The notes under the pieces were generated by a model. It had not been told where the DNA came from. It made no database searches and worked only from the letters and a program-made list of their open reading frames with translations. The translations under genes and the position numbers were made by a program. From Catajapyx aquilonaris (Eukaryota), in the NCBI GenBank assembly GCA_000934665.2, contig KZ537977.1, forward strand, positions 124,001-182,300: DNA of 58,300 nt. Direction: 5' to 3'. Shown piece by piece: positions 52,086-58,300 of the stretch (positions are counted from its first letter, which is position 1; every line of letters begins with the position of its first letter).

Positions 52086-54893
52086 GTAAATTATTGTTAA
52101 CACGAGGCGGTGCAACTTGTTGCGTGAGTCGATTTCTGTTGGAACAGGGACATGTTGTCTCTTAGGGCCCTTGGGAAGGGTTCGGGGACACCTGAGTAAT
52201 TTATGGGTACTGGGACACACTGATGGACTGAAGGGATTTGATTCCAAAGGGTTTGTCCAAATACAGGAGTGGCTGCATAAAAGGCTATCGAGTGCGCCAC
52301 AACGCAATTATTTAGCCTATTTTACAAACAGTAAATACCTGTACAAATATTCGCATGAAAATGCAGGTGCTGAAGTAATTAACAGTGGGCAGTAATTGAC
52401 AACAAAAAAGTGGCACATATTCTCATGAGATGCTGTGTTACAAATATAGCAAATGCAGCGCAGCAATGTTGCTAAATTAAACATGATTCCAGGTGGGTGT
52501 GTACAGTACAGTGACAGAAGCCGACCAGATGACAGTGTATACTGGTCTGACCTGCGGTACACTAACCCTTCAAACTTACATTTTAATCCGAGGCTTGTGT
52601 TGAATGAAAACTGATTGAATGCAATTTGCTGAATGCGGAACTTTTTCCTGATGAAAAGGAATCTGTCAAAATATCTATTCGCGACGTGGACTGGCCTTGA
52701 ACTGAGGATCATCACATCAAATACTTGTACAACTTTGATATTCATCTTCCCAACAGACTGCGGCGTTCGTGAACTGAGAGGTCACTCTACCATCCGATAA
52801 ATTCTTTCCCAACTTTTTTTTAATCCTCTCGGCTCTTGAATCGCGCGGCACGGATTTCATCACTGATTGCATTCCGAATACTTAATTCTCCTGATGCGAT
52901 TTTTATAATCGGACTAGTGCTAATCAATTTTTGGATATCCCCATTTCTCCATGGTTTTTCCCCGCAGTGTTCAAAATAACTTATCTGTGCAAAAAAAAGA
53001 GCGGATTGATTCACATGATTATTGAGACTAGGTTATACGTGGTAATTAATCCCACACGTCATTACACGCAAGCAGTTATCGGCATTTTTTTATTGCTCTC
53101 AGTATGACGTGTGGAATTCTACAGTGGGTAAGTACGCCTACTTACCTTCCAAATAATTCAGGCGTTGAATTGAATTACAAGTGCAGTTCATCCTCCTGTC
53201 TCTTGCTAGAAACCACCTGCCACAGTGCAATTCGTCACTTCCACATTATTCATGCAGGAGTCGGGCATGAATATTAATCATGTTGTCAATTATTATTAAT
53301 CTCGAGTCAGACAAAGGTAAACAATATTCGTGATTGATGCCGTGCATGATAGGCTAGGCATATCCTTTTCGTGATATACGAAAGTCTCGCCTTTACTTCC
53401 GGCATCTCAGCAGTCAATTTATAGGAGCTTCGTCCAATATTATTCCCCTAGTTATCGAAGGCGCCGAATTCCTTTTAATCACAAAATTAACGCTTCCGTG
53501 TATATATACTTCCAATGCAGAATCTTTTGAAACTTCAAGAAGTTAATTTGAGCCTCGCACAATTTCCGGTTTATTCCGATCAGTTGTGCCCTAATTATAA
53601 CCAGCTTCTTTGATACGCAAAATAGTGCGCAGTATAATATTGGATTGGTACATGAAGCCATTTAAAGGAGTGCAATGAAATCAATTTGTTCATTACTTCT
53701 AAGGAAGTGGGGCATTCAGTGTTGTTTTCTCAACCGGCGCAATAGCAGGCAAATGACCTTTTGCCGAGTGCTTTCGACTGCATAAACGCAGTTGATACCC
53801 GGGTACATTTTCATGGAGTTGGAGACTTGGGATCCGGGTTGATCTATCCGGAGGCATAGACCTTTAATCTTATTACGACGAGATGGTGTCGGGTATCTGG
53901 TGCAGATTGGACGCTGCGGCTAATGCCTTCATCTCAGACAAATTAAGATAGTCTTTGGCGCGTCCCTATAAATGTTGTATATATATACGCACCTATACAT
54001 CAAAGGTGTATCGCCAGCGAAACCAAGAGCGGAAGATGCGTAATATTCGGCCATTCATGACTACACTAGTATAACTACTCATCGCTTATGTAACATAGTT
54101 AGCTAAGAAGCAGTCGTGCTGAAAATCCAAGCACGAAACGCCAAATACGTTCTTAAATGCTAGGTACTGTACCAAGACATACCTTTGATATACACTGCAT
54201 ACCCCAAAAAAATGTTTTGTGTAAAGACTGTAAACCTATCCTGGAGACAGAGCTCCACACAATCAATGGCAACAGGACGTGTTGAAGAATTTAATGGTTC
54301 GCCGCATGGTCTGCTGTCATTTTTATGATGGTTGGTGCTAATAATTTCTGGTAAAAGAGTGGATATCAACGCTCCGTATGTTTATTCATGTACGGAATAT
54401 TGCGAGTTTGATAGTTAAAATTTGGGAATTTTGTACACTTTGATGTGCATAAGCCATAAGAAGAGACACTGGGATTAGCTGTAATACTGCTGGGGATGGA
54501 ATTACTGATCCCCATAAAATGATGAGGGGGATCAGCTACTGATCATGTTCTCTCTACCCCGGATTTTGGGGGAAAGCATTAATTCACCCCAGCCGAGATT
54601 AGGTAATCTATGGGTGTCCGTACTTTGATCCTACAAGTGTCCAATAAAATGCGATTTTACTTGTTGGCAAGACAAAATAATGCTCCATGCGCAGATGATT
54701 GGTATGGTTTGAATCGATTCAAAACGTTCACAAAATAATACATGTTAATGGCCTCAGATTCCAGTTTTACCGTAAATATTGGCTAACTCTTGGTCCACTC
54801 AACTGATACGAATAATTAAATTACATTTTAATTAATGCAAATATTGCAGTATTCAGCTTTCAGACTGTATGTTAGTTACTACTGATCCCATAA

Positions 54894-55780
54894 CACTGGT
54901 CAACAACAATTTCTCATCAGATTCGATTTTGGGTGGCCCAGAAGCAGTTTTTTGCGCTGATTTCAAATCTGTGCTCAGTTTTTTTGTAGTCTCACGTCTA
55001 GTTTTTGAGATGACATGCATTATGTGTATTATGGAATATCTGTGGTGATCTAAAAGTGATTGGTATGCTGATGGGCATGCAAATGAATTTCACACAATTC
55101 TGATGTTTCTTGTGTTTGTGGGACAAGAGAACATTATGTAAAACGAGATTGGGACCAAAGGAACGAGTATGAGTCAGGAAGAAATAGTGTCGCAAATATT
55201 CCTGTGGTCGATCCGCAAAAGATTTTTTTACCACCTCTACATATCAAACTTGGTTTGATAAATAACTTTATGAAAGCAATGGGAAAATCTAATTCGGCTA
55301 GATTTCAATATATGGTGGAAAAATTTCCAAAAATCAGTGCAGCAAAGTTGAAATACCTCAATTTAGAGAGGTTTTGCGAGATACGAATTTCAAGAATTCT
55401 CTCACAGACGAAGAAAAGGAAGCTTGGCAAGCTTTTACCTGGGTTTGTGCTAACTTTCTTGGTAATCACAAGTCATCTGGATATGAAGCAGGCATTCAAG
55501 AGCTGCTCGATTCATATCAAAAAAAGGGAGGTCGCATGTCTTTGAAGATGCACTTTTTACATTCCCATCTGGATTTTTTCCCAGAAAATCCATGTGCAGT
55601 GAGTGATGAACAAGACATCCAACTGATGGAAAATCACTATCAAAAGGGCTTTGGAACGAAAGCATGATGGGCAATTACTGCTGGATGCTCTATCGTGATA
55701 ACCCGGACAAAGTCTTTAAAAGAAAGTCATATTCGCAGCGATTTTGAGCAAATTATGTGATACTTGTAGTGAATAAAACA
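54894..55780 (+). mobile_element. Decayed, internally deleted Chapaev3-like DNA transposon
   Basis: Left end TAA|CACTGGTCAACA. Transposase fragments WNICGDLKVIGMLMGMQ..FT..CFLCLWD, LPPLHIKLGLINNFMKAM, FPKISAAKLK, MSLKMHFLHSHLDFFPEN..AVSDE, MMGNYCWML with stops and frameshifts. Family assignment from recalled motifs; right terminus not found. Confidence 0.7.
55025..55747 (+). pseudogene. Transposase pseudogene, C-terminal catalytic region
   Basis: Motifs spread over several frames (ORFs 55204-55545 and 55374-55667), an in-frame TGA near 55101, and loss of the HGERFH segment after AVSDE. Confidence 0.8.
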
Positions 55781-56112
55781 TTGGATATGTGAATACTGAC
55801 TTAGATGTGAGGATCTAACATACTAAAAGGGTGGGAGATGCAAATTCATACAACACAACCTCACTATCAGATGCAATGTCGACACCACTTACAACCTCAT
55901 TCAAAGGTGCTTGGAAAAAGAGGAGCTAACTATGGACACACTCTCATGATCTAATTAGACAACGAATTATCAATTAATCATTATCTATCAATCTTGCACT
56001 GACAAATCAATAACACTCAGATGTTAGTGCAAATTATTATTTTCAAATCCGTGGTTAGTTTTCCTTTCCAAAATCTTGTGCCAAGTGGTCATAGGCGATC
56101 AGGAACAGATGC

Positions 56113-56757
56113 GGATGAGGATTATTGGATCTGGATTCATGGCCTGTTATAATTAGTAGCCTATAGTATTTTTTTCTATCTCAATCATAATACGCCTGTT
56201 ACGGAAGTGGAATGAGTATTGGCAGTATGTTGTAACCGAATATAAAGGAATCGCTATTTTTATGCATGATGTAAACTGAGGTTATTAGCCGATGAATTTC
56301 CCTTTTCTATATGCGGAAGCGGCAGCTTTTGTTACAATGTATAGACTAATCCCGTCAAGAAGTAGTATTAGTCCTGCTTTTTAAAAAAATATCCTAACGT
56401 GGGATAATATTAACCGAACAGTTCAATGGAATATCCCCAATACTTGGATGAGGATTGTTGGAGCTTAATTCATGGCTTCATGGATAAGTAGCTTATAGCA
56501 TTTTATATCACAATCAAAATACGCCTGTTACGAAAGTGGAATCTGCAGGCTGTCGTAACCGAACAAAGGAACCGCTATTTTTAATATGCATTATGTAGAC
56601 TGAGGTTATTAGCCGAGGAAATACCCTTTTCTATATACGCGGAAGCGGCAGCTTTTGTTAGAATGTATTGTAGACTAATCCGGTATAGAATGAGTATTAG
56701 GCGTACTTGAAAAAATTATCCTAACGTGGGAAAATATTAACCGAACCCCAATACTGG
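56113..56757. repeat. Diverged tandem duplication of about 330 bp (2 copies)
   Basis: Copies start GGATGAGGATT at 56113 and 56446 and share AATACGCCTGTTACG, CTGAGGTTATTAGCCGA, GCGGAAGCGGCAGCTTTTGTTA, ATCCTAACGTGGGA, AATATTAACCGAAC and CCCCAATACT. Confidence 0.85.
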
Positions 56758-58300
56758 AAGCCTGAGGAATTTCTAAACACATTGTGTGATAAAAATTTTG
56801 CCCTACAAGATTTAGGCAAATGTAGGCCTATTTGTTTATTGCAGTGTATATCTGCAATATGTTCTGCAATCATTCTCTCTCAATTTTGGCACGCAATAAT
56901 AATATTGTAAACGAAAGAGGTATTTTAGAAGTCTTTCCAACAGACCTCCAAAACCTGTAGTACCTGGTGATTAGACAACAAGCAACATTAATAGTTGACC
57001 GTATAAGAATGTGTACCTAAGCTAATTAATTTTGAACCTGCTGCAGTACTGTAAACATCGGTTAACAAGTTTTTAACTAACCTTTCGCGCATTACATTAT
57101 CAGAATAACACCTTTGAAAAATGCCTGTTTAGTACATCCCTACTGAGTGACTGTTCCTGGCAGTAATTTCAGAGATGAGGCAGTGCAAATCCTCTGAAAT
57201 AATTCACTTTAACCGAACCGGGATTATACTAATTGCTGCACAGAACCGATCCTCGCTTAGTTCGAGGTACATTTTTTCTCCCCACCGATAGTTACCCAGT
57301 GATTAATTCAGTCAGCTTTGAACTCTGAGAACTGTAAAGCGACACCCAGGTATTGGGCCAGCAGCCAATCCTAATAACCGCCATTAACCAAGTAGTCGAT
57401 GGCATATAACGTACTATACAACCTGCTGAATTGCTGCCGAGCAAATAGCCCTGGGTGCGGGATCACATCACCTGACGCACATGATTTTGCAACTACTTTC
57501 CCAGTCTATGTTTAGGTCGCTCTCTGAATTATTCAGAAGAGATTCCGTTACACATGGCTGTAGTTAAACACACGAAGAAAACATGTCGATTGCTACTGCC
57601 GGATGTCGCATATATGATCCTAGAATGTTGTCACTCTTTCAAACACGATCAAATCGAGCTTACGTCCGAAACACGTGTAAACAGTAACACGGCTGACATT
57701 AATTACCAGCTGCAAAAAAAATACCTATATATGCTGCGTGAAAGTCTGAACGTGTTAATTAGCAAACGTGCGATGTGGAGCACTTGACTTTTCAAATATC
57801 GGCGCTTGATTGAAACGCCATTTCGCCACTGGAAGTCGGCATACAGTCGGCTTTTAAAGCTGACATGTCGTTATGTTTGCTGAGAATATACAACTGTATG
57901 GTACAACTCACGGTGAATGATATAGAAAATATTCTGACCATCCACAAAATTGGTCATCGGTCAATCTGTTAATTGCATGGAATCTGTTTTTTGCGTACAG
58001 GCTTTATTGAATAGACTCCGCAGCTCAAGCAGGACAATTGAAAGTCTCATTTGCATATTTCCACACTGCATTTGTCTCCACAATGTCCTGCCCCATTAGA
58101 TCAATTCAGAGTGTGTGTGTGTTAGGATGGAGATGTGTCTCGCATGGTAAAACGAAGTGAATTATCGACCCTAATACGCTATTAGAGTGCTTTCTCGCAT
58201 TAAGTATCGAACATTCATTGCGCAAATTTTTCGATGTGTTTGAAGCTTTGGGGCCGTCCATAATCCGCGCGGACAAGTGAGGGGGGGGAGGGGGGTTGCA

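Overview
Eukaryotic, almost certainly arthropod, genomic DNA with large introns and four protein-coding loci, two of which the ORF track misses. (1) The terminal exon of a + strand SAM-domain gene of the Samuel/SAMD7/SAMD11 type (20904-21113); I could not find the preceding exon, so 1-20903 is probably one large intron. (2) A complete three-exon PINK1 gene on + (23671-26771, 568 aa). (3) A complete two-coding-exon allatostatin CCC neuropeptide gene on - (35567-35442 joined to 30610-30446, 96 aa) encoding SYWKQCAFNAVSCF-amide, with a plausible short non-coding first exon and promoter near 36.9 kb. (4) The first coding exon of a divergently oriented secreted prepropeptide on + (51885-52085), most likely its paralogue allatostatin CC, continuing beyond the window. 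Also present: a decayed Chapaev3-like DNA transposon, two MITE-like inverted repeats, a tRNA-derived SINE, tandem duplications and microsatellites. The most interesting observation is the linkage of a SAMD7/11-like gene, PINK1 and allatostatin C-family genes, which may echo the vertebrate SAMD11/PINK1/cortistatin (1p36) and SAMD7/somatostatin (3q) regions. No prokaryotic-type systems such as CRISPR arrays or operons are evident.
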